A stretch of DNA of 64,000 nt from Candidatus Shapirobacteria bacterium (GCA_041659325.1 JBAZYN010000001.1:494819-558818); one strand, 5' to 3'; counted from the stretch's first letter, positions 40,936-50,051 are shown. Made by a program: numbers and translations. The notes: generated from the sequence alone by a model not told the origin.

Positions 40936-43900
40936 TTAATTTCCTCCCGAAGTCATCAACTCGCTAAAATACTTGTGCCACAAAGAATAGTCAAAGACAT
41001 TAACGACACCATCGCACTTTCCGTCACTACCGGTAAAGTCGGCGTCCCAGTTTGTACTTACTTCCGGCACTCCGGCACTCAGGTCTACGAACTCTCGTCG
41101 CCATACGGCATAATCGGTTACATCAATCGAACCGTCGCAATTGGCATCACCTTTTGACTTACCTTTAAAGGTAGGTTTCGGTACATTAGAGCCCGTACAG
41201 TTATCATCTACATCTCTTACGAAACCATTCATCACATAGCCAGGTACAAACCACCGATACTCCCCTCCGGTATTCAGCTTATAACATTCAAAAGTGGTTG
41301 GGCATTCCTTACAACTTGAAGCTGCACCTTCTGCTACCGTAATCCAGTGTATACAATTTGTACTGTTACAGTTCCTGCCGCTTACCGGTTCATAATACCC
41401 CGGGCAGCTATTAGTCTGGTTCTGATACAGTTTCCCATCCGCCGTACACAATTGAGAACACTGATTGTTACAGGCCGATTTTAACTCTACTGCAAAAACC
41501 CCCACTTCGTTCATCTGATAGGCCGCTTTCGGATAATACGCTCCGCTAGCACCACCAATCGCAAAGCTATTCGCGCTTGGTTGTGCCCCTACCGATGAAA
41601 CCTTGCTCATATAAATTATTCCCCAATTAGAAACGGTTCCGGTCATATTGACGATTTCACCTTTTTTAACGGTGATATTCCCGTTTGCATTATTCAAAGT
41701 CAAACCGTTACATGAGAAATTCTGGTTGCAGGTCGCCGTCGGAATCGGTGTCAGAGACGGTACCGGCACTCCGGTCGGGATCCCGCACCTACAGCTCAAA
41801 TCACCGGCACAACTTGGATTCCGGCAAAAATTCCCCGGTTTCCCCTGGCTATCAAAATAACCCGAGGTACACACCAATCCTAAACTGCGATCACACATAT
41901 CCTGACCCTGGATCATTGTGCAGGATTCATTGCACCCAGCCGCAGCGGTGGCAACGTTAAATGTCGCATTATCGGTCGACGCACACGACACAAAGCCCGT
42001 GCACGGCAGACTGCCTCCCTTATAACTACAGGCCGGATTACCGGTACATTTACCCACCGGTGCTGTCGGCACATCACAATGCGCTACATAGTTGCCAGCC
42101 GGCAAACCCGCAAACTGAAAACTATCATTGCAAGCTGCCCCATTAATGCTATTGCACTGTTTAACTCTGGTGTAATAGAACCCTTCTTCTCCGGGAACAC
42201 TGGAATTAGCTGCCAATGGCGCCGGCGACATTTTCGAAGTATCAATCTGTTTATAATCCCTTCTTTCTATCCACAATCTCACCGGATAAGTCCCCGAAGC
42301 GTTAGCATTACCTTCATAAGTAATGGTTATTGCCCCTCCCGGAGCTGATTGAGGAATCAAGCCGGTAATTCGGCAATATGCTTTACTTTCCGTCCCCGTC
42401 GGTACCACCGTCGGGACCACACTGCCCGAACAACATCGATAAGTCGGCGCCCAACCGCAGCCATTGGCCGCCGCTGTCGCTGTATCGCCAAATCTGGTAC
42501 AAGCCTTACCGCAATTAGTAGTGCAGTTGGCCTCGTTGGAATAGCATCCGCCGGTACAACTTGTCGGCGCGCTACCTGTCGGCACCGTTGTTGGTCTGAC
42601 TGTTGGCGTTACAGAAGAGCCGCAACTCGAAGAACTAACACAGCTAGTCGCTCCATTAAAGCTCCTTGCTCCATCCCATCTGGTACAATACACCCCATCA
42701 TTTCTCAAAAATTGGTTAGCAGGACAGCTAGTACTCACACCCGGGTTAGATACAAAACCAGTGTTGCAGCTCGAACCCGCTCTACACCAATTCATTCCCG
42801 ACCACCCGCACGACATATCCCAAACACTATCCTGACAACTGGGCGCTATAGTCGGGGCAGGCGTCGTCCCGGAACAATTCGTGGATGTAATACAAGTAGA
42901 CGAACCATTAAAGCTCTTAGCCCCATCCGATCTGGTACAGTAAGTCCCCTGATTTCTCATAAACTGATTCGGGGCACAACCGGTGGCAACCAACGGCCCG
43001 GAAATATAACCGGTATCACAACTGGTCCCAACTTTACACCAATTTAATCCCGTCCATCCACAGGCCATATCCCAAGTACCATTAGCCTGACAGCTTCCGG
43101 GAGCCGAGGTTACTGTAGCTGCTTTCACCGTAAACTTAATAAGCAGTTGGCAATTGTTACTGCCTGATTCTGCCATTCTAAAACTGGCTACTCCACCCGT
43201 ACCCGAAAATTTTACCGTATTACTATTCCATGCATCGACTACTTTCCAACTTACCCCCTCTACACTTCCTCCTACGGTCACCTTAACATCACCACCCCCG
43301 CCACCTACATTTAATCTTTTGACTTTAAAATACCTACCACCCGGGTTAGAAAATCCACATGTTCCGGTTGAACTAGTATTACCGGGGTTCTCCCAAGATT
43401 CAAATGAACCGCTGGTTGATTGAACCGTTATTTTTACTCCGTTTCCATCAGACAGCACTTTTCCTGCACTGTCCACTACTATCCCCCCGTAATCAACATA
43501 ATGCCCCTCGCCGGTTCCGCCACACGACCACCAGTCAACATAGTTATTGTTGCTATCACAACACGCCTGTTTATCAGGATTCCCGTCAGCCGAAGGACAG
43601 CTGTGGTAAGAATTGGGTATTGCCGTAGGAGTCAAAGTCGGACCCACGGTTGGAACCATAGTTGGCACTCTAGTCGGAGCCACTGTCGGTCTTACCGTCG
43701 CAGTCGGAACCACGGTTGATCTTTTACAATACCCCGAGCTAGTAGTGCTGCTACAAACAAACCCGCTACAACACCTATTATCAGAGTCACAATAATCACC
43801 ATCACAAGTATACTGCGGAGTCGGTGTTCTAGTGGGAACCACCGTCTTGGTCGGTGTAACCGTCGTTCTGGTTGGCGTTGCCGTTACCCTAATAGTTGGA

Positions 43901-44463
43901 GTAGAAGTCCCATACGGCTTTACTGTCGGCTTTACGGTCGATGTCGGAGACGTTGTAGATGTATATTTGCAACAATTTTGTCCCGTTGGACACCATCCCG
44001 ACCCTTCTCCGATAAATGTTTTTCCCGCAACTCCATAATTCAAACTACAAGCTTTATAATTATCCATACACATTTGAGACAAACCAGCGCTCTCGCAATG
44101 TTGGGTCGGAGTATTAGTCGGTCTCAGAGTGTCCGTCGGTACTGGCCTTATACAATATTCCTCACCATATGGGTTACCGGGAGACGTCTGGCAGACTAAA
44201 CCGGCACAACAATTATTGTATCTTGAGTCACCACTGACACACCCACGATCCTGGGCTATACAAGCACCGCTTGTTGGTGTTACTGCTGGCTCCGACGGCA
44301 TTGCCGCCCTGTTTCTAATATCCTGGTTCTGTTGGCTTAATTTGGTAACCATCGGCAGTGCCACTGCCATTATCACCAAACCTATAATCAATGGTATCTG
44401 AGCCATGCCCAAATTTTCTCTAAAATTAAAAAATCCAATTATCTTCCGTATTTTTGGGCTCAT
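40936..44463 (-). CDS. Large Cys-rich surface protein with C-terminal dockerin
   Basis: N-terminal TM, PT linkers, many Cys clusters, GDANCDGSIDVTDY and DADFTG..CDGVVNVFDY. Confidence 0.8.
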   Translation of the reverse strand: MSPKIRKIIGFFNFRENLGMAQIPLIIGLVIMAVALPMVTKLSQQNQDIRNRAAMPSEPAVTPTSGACIAQDRGCVSGDSRYNNCCAGLVCQTSPGNPYGEEYCIRPVPTDTLRPTNTPTQHCESAGLSQMCMDNYKACSLNYGVAGKTFIGEGSGWCPTGQNCCKYTSTTSPTSTVKPTVKPYGTSTPTIRVTATPTRTTVTPTKTVVPTRTPTPQYTCDGDYCDSDNRCCSGFVCSSTTSSGYCKRSTVVPTATVRPTVAPTRVPTMVPTVGPTLTPTAIPNSYHSCPSADGNPDKQACCDSNNNYVDWWSCGGTGEGHYVDYGGIVVDSAGKVLSDGNGVKITVQSTSGSFESWENPGNTSSTGTCGFSNPGGRYFKVKRLNVGGGGGDVKVTVGGSVEGVSWKVVDAWNSNTVKFSGTGGVASFRMAESGSNNCQLLIKFTVKAATVTSAPGSCQANGTWDMACGWTGLNWCKVGTSCDTGYISGPLVATGCAPNQFMRNQGTYCTRSDGAKSFNGSSTCITSTNCSGTTPAPTIAPSCQDSVWDMSCGWSGMNWCRAGSSCNTGFVSNPGVSTSCPANQFLRNDGVYCTRWDGARSFNGATSCVSSSSCGSSVTPTVRPTTVPTGSAPTSCTGGCYSNEANCTTNCGKACTRFGDTATAAANGCGWAPTYRCCSGSVVPTVVPTGTESKAYCRITGLIPQSAPGGAITITYEGNANASGTYPVRLWIERRDYKQIDTSKMSPAPLAANSSVPGEEGFYYTRVKQCNSINGAACNDSFQFAGLPAGNYVAHCDVPTAPVGKCTGNPACSYKGGSLPCTGFVSCASTDNATFNVATAAAGCNESCTMIQGQDMCDRSLGLVCTSGYFDSQGKPGNFCRNPSCAGDLSCRCGIPTGVPVPSLTPIPTATCNQNFSCNGLTLNNANGNITVKKGEIVNMTGTVSNWGIIYMSKVSSVGAQPSANSFAIGGASGAYYPKAAYQMNEVGVFAVELKSACNNQCSQLCTADGKLYQNQTNSCPGYYEPVSGRNCNSTNCIHWITVAEGAASSCKECPTTFECYKLNTGGEYRWFVPGYVMNGFVRDVDDNCTGSNVPKPTFKGKSKGDANCDGSIDVTDYAVWRREFVDLSAGVPEVSTNWDADFTGSDGKCDGVVNVFDYSLWHKYFSELMTSGGN

Positions 44464-44590
44464 TTTCTGTTTTTTTATATAAAAATATACGCAAATACTA
44501 ATAGAAAAGTAAAACACTTGGCATCACCTGAGTCAATACGTCAAATGTTAAAACACCCAATAATCATTACTTTTCTTCTATACTTAAACT

Positions 44591-45967
44591 ATGGCTAACA
44601 AGAATTTAAACCTATTAAAAACCATTTTCCCTCTTGTCGCCCTGCCATTCATAATCCTGGCCATAAAAACGGTTTTAGATATCCGCAAAGGTGCTGCTGG
44701 TATCCCCGCCGCCATTATCATCGACACCCAAAGTCCTCAGGGTAATATCCCCTCTTCCCTATGGCAAAACATTTCTCAGGGTGGCGAAGAGCCTACCGAT
44801 ATGATTGCTCCTGTTTTATACCAAACCAAGCCCCTCCGGCTCCAACTGATACGAATCGACCACCTATTCGATTACTATCAGGTTTACGCCGGTCCCGGAA
44901 ACTACAACTTCGAAAAGCTCGATCGTATTATAAATAGTATCCTGTCAACCGGCGCCAAGCCGATGCTTTCCGTTTCCTACACCACTTCCTCTATGTCCAA
45001 AAACGGTCAAAACGCCGGCGAGCCATCAGACTGGAACCAATGGTACCAATTAGTCAAGGCCACCGCCAACCGTTATTCCCGGGAAAAAAATATCTCCGGT
45101 ATTTATTACGAAGTCTGGAACGAGCCCGACCTTTTTGGCGGTTGGCACTATGCCAAAAGCCCCGATTACTCCACCCTTTACGTTCAAACTGCCAGAGCAA
45201 TTGTCGACGGTGCCGGCAATTCCGATTACAAAATCGGCGGCCCGGCTACTACCGGCTTTTATGAAAACTGGATTAAATCCTTATTTAAAACGGCCACCGA
45301 AAATCGCCTCCGCCTCAATTTCATCTCCTGGCACAAATATTCCAAAAACATTATCGATTACGAAAAAGACTTTAATAACTTAAACAAAATTTTATCTGAC
45401 TTTCCTCAATATTTCGGCATTGAAAGGATTATCACCGAAACCGGCCCCTCTCCAGAAGCCGACGCCTGGTACGACAATAAGCTTTCCGGAATTCATCTTA
45501 TTTCCCTCTGTACTCAAATGGCCGGCAAAATCCACCGTCTTTTCCCATTTGAACTCGTCGACGGCCCCTCCCCAAGATCCCCAAACTCAACCGGTTGGGG
45601 TATAATCACTCACCACACCAACGGCTCTGTCCCAAAACCCCGCTATTATGCTCTCCAGTTCCTAAACCAACTCCAGGGCCAACGTTTATCCTCAACCGGT
45701 GATGGCAGTTGGGTTACTTCGCTTTCGGCCAAAAATGGCTCAATAATCTCCACCCTATTAGTAAACTACGACAGTTTAAATTTACATCCCGAAACCGTCC
45801 CGGTCACCTTCCGCGGCATTAGCCCCGGCAATTATCGGCTAGTTAGCACCATTTATATGGGCAAAGAAAATTCCAAAAATATAACCGTCCCCTCATTCAA
45901 TTACACCGAAAACGTCTACCTCGAGCCCAATTCTGCCATCATTCTCAAACTCACCCCGCTAAATTAA
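44591..45967 (+). CDS. Glycoside hydrolase family 39-like, membrane anchored
   Basis: YNFEKLD, YYEVWNEPD (acid/base), KIGGP, FISWHKY, ITETG (nucleophile), PKPRYYA. Confidence 0.85.
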   Translation: MANKNLNLLKTIFPLVALPFIILAIKTVLDIRKGAAGIPAAIIIDTQSPQGNIPSSLWQNISQGGEEPTDMIAPVLYQTKPLRLQLIRIDHLFDYYQVYAGPGNYNFEKLDRIINSILSTGAKPMLSVSYTTSSMSKNGQNAGEPSDWNQWYQLVKATANRYSREKNISGIYYEVWNEPDLFGGWHYAKSPDYSTLYVQTARAIVDGAGNSDYKIGGPATTGFYENWIKSLFKTATENRLRLNFISWHKYSKNIIDYEKDFNNLNKILSDFPQYFGIERIITETGPSPEADAWYDNKLSGIHLISLCTQMAGKIHRLFPFELVDGPSPRSPNSTGWGIITHHTNGSVPKPRYYALQFLNQLQGQRLSSTGDGSWVTSLSAKNGSIISTLLVNYDSLNLHPETVPVTFRGISPGNYRLVSTIYMGKENSKNITVPSFNYTENVYLEPNSAIILKLTPLN

Positions 45968-45968
45968 G

Positions 45969-46108
45969 CGTCATTGCGATCCGCCAACTGGCGGAGTGGC
46001 AATCCCTGCCTGCCGGCAGGCAATCTTTACAGGATTAAAATAGTCAAGCTGTTTCAAGATTGCGGAGCCTGTCCCGAGAAACGAGGGATCGTTTCTCCTC
46101 GCAATGAC
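45969..46108. repeat. REP/MITE-like family A element with embedded mini-palindromes
   Basis: gtcattgcga...tcgcaatgac; contains tccgccaactggcgga and cctgccggcagg. Confidence 0.85.
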
Positions 46109-46125
46109 AAAACAGTTCTCACTCT

Positions 46126-46210
46126 TAATTCGTAATTAGTAATTAGTAATTTTGGAATTTTATTACAGGTTACAGATTACTTATTACAGATTACCAATTA
46201 CAGGTTACCA
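46126..46210. repeat. 7-bp arrays: TAATTnG x3-4, then RTTACnn x7
   Basis: taattcg taattag taattag, then attacag gttacag attactt attacag attacca attacag gttacca. Confidence 0.85.
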
Positions 46211-46211
46211 A

Positions 46212-47258
46212 TTATTTGAATATCCTCACCACATCACCGGCTGTGATCAAAAATATCAAAAACAACAACACCACCATTCCGAAATTATTAATAGCCGTTT
46301 CAAACTTTTGGTTGACCCGTTTTCTGAAAATCATTTCATAAACCACAAAGATTATCCTTCCTCCGTCCAAAGCCGGAAAAGGTAAAATATTTACCACCGC
46401 CAAATTTACAGATACTATCGCAAAAAAATGTACCACCGCCAACATCCCCTGGTTTTGTTTGATACTACTTGTCGCCTGAAACATCCCAATTGGCCCGCTC
46501 ACATCTTTTGGCACTCTGCCCTGAAATAGTTCACTCACCATGCCGATCACTCCGCTTCCAATAATTTTTCCCCAATAATAAGCCTCTCGAAAACCAGCCC
46601 CAATCCCTTTATGTATCTCATACCACTTCATTGGCACCATTTCCGTGTTAGATACCGTCACCCCCATTCCGCCCTCACCTGCCGGAGGATTTTCCCTTAC
46701 AAAAACTTTTACTTCTCTTTCGACTTTTAGACTTTCGACTTCTAGACTAATTTCTTGTCCCTTATATTTTGCCACTTCATCTGTCATCTCTCTTGCGCTA
46801 AAAACCGGTTTACCCTCAACTTCGACCACCGAATCTCCTTCTTTAAGCCCTGCCATTTCCGCCGGGCTACCCCCGGTAATTCCTATTATCTTCACCACCT
46901 TTATATCCGTCGGCACACCGGAAACGGAATAAACAAACGAAAAAATCGCTATTGCCAAAACCAGATTCATCAACACTCCCCCCAAAACCACCATCATCTT
47001 CTGCCACGGTTTTTTATTATTAAACGCCACCCCACCCTTTCCGTCTCCATCTTCGCCATACAATTTACAAAACCCTCCGATCGGCAGCCAATTCAAACTA
47101 AAAATTGTTCCGCCAAATTTTTTCCCCACGATTCTCGGTGGCAAACCCAATCCAAATTCTTCCACCTTTACCCCGGTTTTAATCGCCGCAAAATAATGGC
47201 CAAACTCATGAACCAAAACCAAAATAGAAAGCGCAATTATAAAAATTAAAATATCCAT
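46212..47258 (-). CDS. rseP: RIP metalloprotease RseP (M50) with PDZ domain
   Basis: HEFGH, LPIGGF, GVLMNL, NILPFPALDGG. Confidence 0.95.
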   Translation of the reverse strand: MDILIFIIALSILVLVHEFGHYFAAIKTGVKVEEFGLGLPPRIVGKKFGGTIFSLNWLPIGGFCKLYGEDGDGKGGVAFNNKKPWQKMMVVLGGVLMNLVLAIAIFSFVYSVSGVPTDIKVVKIIGITGGSPAEMAGLKEGDSVVEVEGKPVFSAREMTDEVAKYKGQEISLEVESLKVEREVKVFVRENPPAGEGGMGVTVSNTEMVPMKWYEIHKGIGAGFREAYYWGKIIGSGVIGMVSELFQGRVPKDVSGPIGMFQATSSIKQNQGMLAVVHFFAIVSVNLAVVNILPFPALDGGRIIFVVYEMIFRKRVNQKFETAINNFGMVVLLFLIFLITAGDVVRIFK

Positions 47259-47269
47259 CTTTATGTGAT

Positions 47270-47297
47270 CTGTAACCGGTAATCTGTAATCAGTAAT
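47270..47297 (-). repeat. 7-bp array in inverted orientation x4
   Basis: ctgtaac cggtaat ctgtaat cagtaat, the reverse complement of the RTTACnn unit. Confidence 0.85.
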
Positions 47298-47303
47298 TTA
47301 AAA

Positions 47304-47672
47304 CTATTTTTGACTCTCAACAGATTTAATTAAACCATTAATTAATTTTTCAGCAACTTTACTTTGGACCCAAATTTTCTTGCAGGAATCAGAATCTATC
47401 TATTTTAGATCTTTTGCTAACAAAATAAAATTTTGAACTTCCTTTAGCGATCCTCTTGCTTGAAAATAGAATTTAATTTTATCATTAAAATGATATCTAC
47501 CAAATCCCTCTGCTATATTAGCACTAATTGAGCTCGCAGCCCTCCTTAGCTGATCACAAACTCCATATTTCTCAACTCGAGGGAACTTATCCAATATTTT
47601 ATAAACAGAAATCACCAAGGCGTGTGATTCCTTCCATGAATTTAAATCATAAAAATCCAATATTCTCCCCAT
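47304..47672 (-). pseudogene. Four-helix-bundle protein (23S rRNA IVP/Avd-like) with in-frame TAG
   Basis: DLNSWKESH, FP..EKYG..DQLRRAASSISANIAEG, ARGSLKE. TAG at 47400-47402 in AKDLK*I; the frame continues through KLINGLIKS to the stop at 47304. Confidence 0.85.
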
Positions 47673-47697
47673 CTTCCTATCACATTCTACCAGTTTG

Positions 47698-47767
47698 ATT
47701 ACCAATTACAGGTTACCAATTACAGGTTACCAATTACAGGTTACCAATTACTGATTACTGATTACTG
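47698..47767 (+). repeat. 7-bp tandem array x10
   Basis: attacca (attacag gttacca)x3 (attactg)x3. Confidence 0.92.
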
Positions 47768-47770
47768 ATT

Positions 47771-48322
47771 TTATCCCCTTATCTCCCCTTCCTTCTTACT
47801 GGCCACCATTTCCAATTTCTCAATATATTGGTCAGTCACCTTTTGCAACTCTGCCTCATCTACCTTAAATTCATCCTCGGAAACTGTTTTTTCTTGCTTT
47901 GCCGACTGTAATTCTTTCCGGAAATCTGCCCGGGCATCCCGGATCATCACTCTCGCCGCTTCAAGTTTCCTCCCCAAGATTTTTATATAATCCTCTCTTT
48001 GTTCTGTTGTTAGCATCGGCAAGCCCATCCGGATTATTTGCCCGTCAACTGCCGGGTTCATGCCAATATTGGCCGCCGCAATCCCATTGGCAATTTCCTT
48101 TACCAAAGTCCCATCCCACGGTTGAAAAGTCAATGTTCTTACGTCGGGCACTCCAATCGATCCAAGCTCAATCAGTCTCATTTTTTGTCCGCCATACACA
48201 GTTACCACCACATTCTCTATCAACCCCGGCGTTGCCCTGCCGGTCCGAATCGATGAAATATCATCAACAAAAATTCCTACAATCTTATCCATTCTCGCTT
48301 TTACGTTTGGGATATTTATCAT
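47771..48322 (-). CDS. frr: Ribosome recycling factor
   Basis: IRTGRATP, QPWD, P.LTTEQR, LQKVTD. Confidence 0.96.
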   Translation of the reverse strand: MINIPNVKARMDKIVGIFVDDISSIRTGRATPGLIENVVVTVYGGQKMRLIELGSIGVPDVRTLTFQPWDGTLVKEIANGIAAANIGMNPAVDGQIIRMGLPMLTTEQREDYIKILGRKLEAARVMIRDARADFRKELQSAKQEKTVSEDEFKVDEAELQKVTDQYIEKLEMVASKKEGEIRG

Positions 48323-48342
48323 ATCGTTATTTTACCAAACTA

Positions 48343-48377
48343 ATTACCAGTTACAGATTACAGATTACAGGTTACCA
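48343..48377 (+). repeat. 7-bp tandem array x5
   Basis: attacca gttacag attacag attacag gttacca, between tsf and frr. Confidence 0.88.
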
Positions 48378-48379
48378 AT

Positions 48380-48838
48380 CTATATCTCAAATCTACCAAT
48401 TCTTCCAAGTTTTATATTCTCCCCAAATTTTGCCACCAGTGCTTTTATCAGATCCGATACGGTTTTGGACGGATCCTTAATAAAATCCTGTTTTAGCAAA
48501 GCCTTTGCATCTTTGGGATTCATCGCCGCCACCTGCAAACACAAATCCTTTGCCAGGGCCATATATTCTTCATTTTTTGCCACAAAATCAGTCTCACACA
48601 ATAGTTCCACCATTACCCCGATTTTACCGGTTGCATGAGTATAAGTGGCCACCCTGCCCTGATGAGTTTCCCTATCGGCCTTTTTCTCCGCCTTTTGAAA
48701 TCCTTTTTCTTTCAATATTTCTCTTGCCTTCGACTCGTTGCCCTCGGCCTCTTCCAGAGCCGCCTTAATTTCCATCATTCCTAATCCCAATTCTTCCCTC
48801 AATTTTTTAACTAGCTCAATTAATTTTTTAGTCTCCAT
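48380..48838 (-). CDS. tsf: Elongation factor Ts (short form)
   Basis: VKKLREELGLGMME, CETDFVA, QVAAMNP, GENIK. Confidence 0.96.
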   Translation of the reverse strand: METKKLIELVKKLREELGLGMMEIKAALEEAEGNESKAREILKEKGFQKAEKKADRETHQGRVATYTHATGKIGVMVELLCETDFVAKNEEYMALAKDLCLQVAAMNPKDAKALLKQDFIKDPSKTVSDLIKALVAKFGENIKLGRIGRFEI

Positions 48839-48863
48839 TTTTTTATTTTAATATTAATTTACA

Positions 48864-48898
48864 ATTACAGATTACTGATTACAGATTACTGATTACCA
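48864..48898 (+). repeat. 7-bp tandem array x5
   Basis: attacag attactg attacag attactg attacca, between rpsB and tsf. Confidence 0.88.
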
Positions 48899-48900
48899 AC

Positions 48901-49818
48901 TCATTTCACCCCCGCCGCTTTTATCGCCTTCCCGATTTCTTCAACAATTATCGTGATGCTTTTAACATTATCATCGTTGGTCGGAATGGCAAAGTCCACC
49001 TTAAAAGGATTACTATCTGTATCTACCATCGCCAGAGTCTTTACCCCCCTCATCGTCGCTTCTTTAATGGTCGTTTTTTCAAACCCGGCATCAACCGCAA
49101 AGACCATATCAAATAATTTATCGAGTTTAACCAGTCCCCCCACTATCTTTTCCAATCTAATCACCTCTTTTTTCATCTCAAGGATTTCTTTTTTAGTGCT
49201 TTCGGTAAATTTCCCCTTCTCCAACCCGTCTTTAAGATCAACTAGTTTTTTTATATCTTTTCGGATCTGATCCCAATTAGTAATTGTCCCTCCCAACCAT
49301 CTGTCTGTTACATAAGGTACGCCGGCTTCAGTCGCCACTCTCCGGACCACTTCACGGGCCTGGCGCTTGGTTCCAACCAATACTATCTGTTTACCGTTCC
49401 TTTTAGCGTTGTATATGTAATTACACGCCGCTTCCAGTCCGTCTAGAGTTTTAACCAAATCAATCACCTGAATTCCGTCTTTGGCCGCATAAATCGACTC
49501 TCTCGCCTTTGGATGAGTTTTAGAAATTTTGTGACCCAAATGACATCCGGCATCCAGTAAATCTTTTAGCCCGATTGTCAGAGTATATTTTTTGTCAGCC
49601 TTGGCATCTGCAGCTACTTTTTCTGCCAAAACCACTGCCTGCAATTCCTGTTTCTTGGACAAAGCATCTTTTTTTGCTCTGAGATCTTCATTAATCTTTT
49701 TAATCTTATCTGCCGTTACCGCCGTCTGTTTCTTGGCTTTTACTACTAACGCTTTTTTTACCAAACTTTTACCGGTTCGGTTTACGGTTTTTACGATCGT
49801 CTTTTTCTTTTCTTCCAT
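48901..49818 (-). CDS. rpsB: 30S ribosomal protein S2 with N-terminal extension
   Basis: LLDAGCHLGH, VGTKRQA, RWLGGTITNW, VDTDS, PTNDD. Confidence 0.96.
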   Translation of the reverse strand: MEEKKKTIVKTVNRTGKSLVKKALVVKAKKQTAVTADKIKKINEDLRAKKDALSKKQELQAVVLAEKVAADAKADKKYTLTIGLKDLLDAGCHLGHKISKTHPKARESIYAAKDGIQVIDLVKTLDGLEAACNYIYNAKRNGKQIVLVGTKRQAREVVRRVATEAGVPYVTDRWLGGTITNWDQIRKDIKKLVDLKDGLEKGKFTESTKKEILEMKKEVIRLEKIVGGLVKLDKLFDMVFAVDAGFEKTTIKEATMRGVKTLAMVDTDSNPFKVDFAIPTNDDNVKSITIIVEEIGKAIKAAGVK

Positions 49819-49919
49819 TTTGTTTTGTCCTTACTAATAATCTTGGGTGGGCCAACGGCCAGGACAAACACCCGCCAATTAACTAATAACTATTCAATCG
49901 GAAATTATAACACACTCTC

Positions 49920-49993
49920 CGTCATTGTGTCTGCCCGTTTACCCGCCTTTGGAGGGAGAATCCTCGACGCTAATCGGGACGACGTGGCAATCT
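49920..49993. repeat. Family A element, left half, with inserted mini-hairpin
   Basis: cgtcattg...cgacgtggcaatct; contains tttacccgcctttggaggg. Confidence 0.7.
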
Positions 49994-50021
49994 TTCGGCT
50001 CTTGCCGTCTGGATTTTCCTT

Positions 50022-50051
50022 GTAGAGACACCCCGCGGGGTGTCTCAATAC
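50022..50051. repeat. GTAG-type REP palindrome
   Basis: GTA-GAGACACCCC-gc-GGGGTGTCTC, a perfect 10-bp stem with a GTAG foot. Confidence 0.6.

Noticed and set aside
27658-43047. Long antisense ORFs (e.g. 27658-28335, 31562-32176, 42349-43047)
   Set aside because: They are shadow frames of well-supported genes on the opposite strand.
47304-47672. Diversity-generating retroelement suggested by the Avd-like gene
   Set aside because: No reverse transcriptase and no TR/VR pair with adenine-specific mismatches. The 132-bp duplication at 40009 is a tandem coding repeat.
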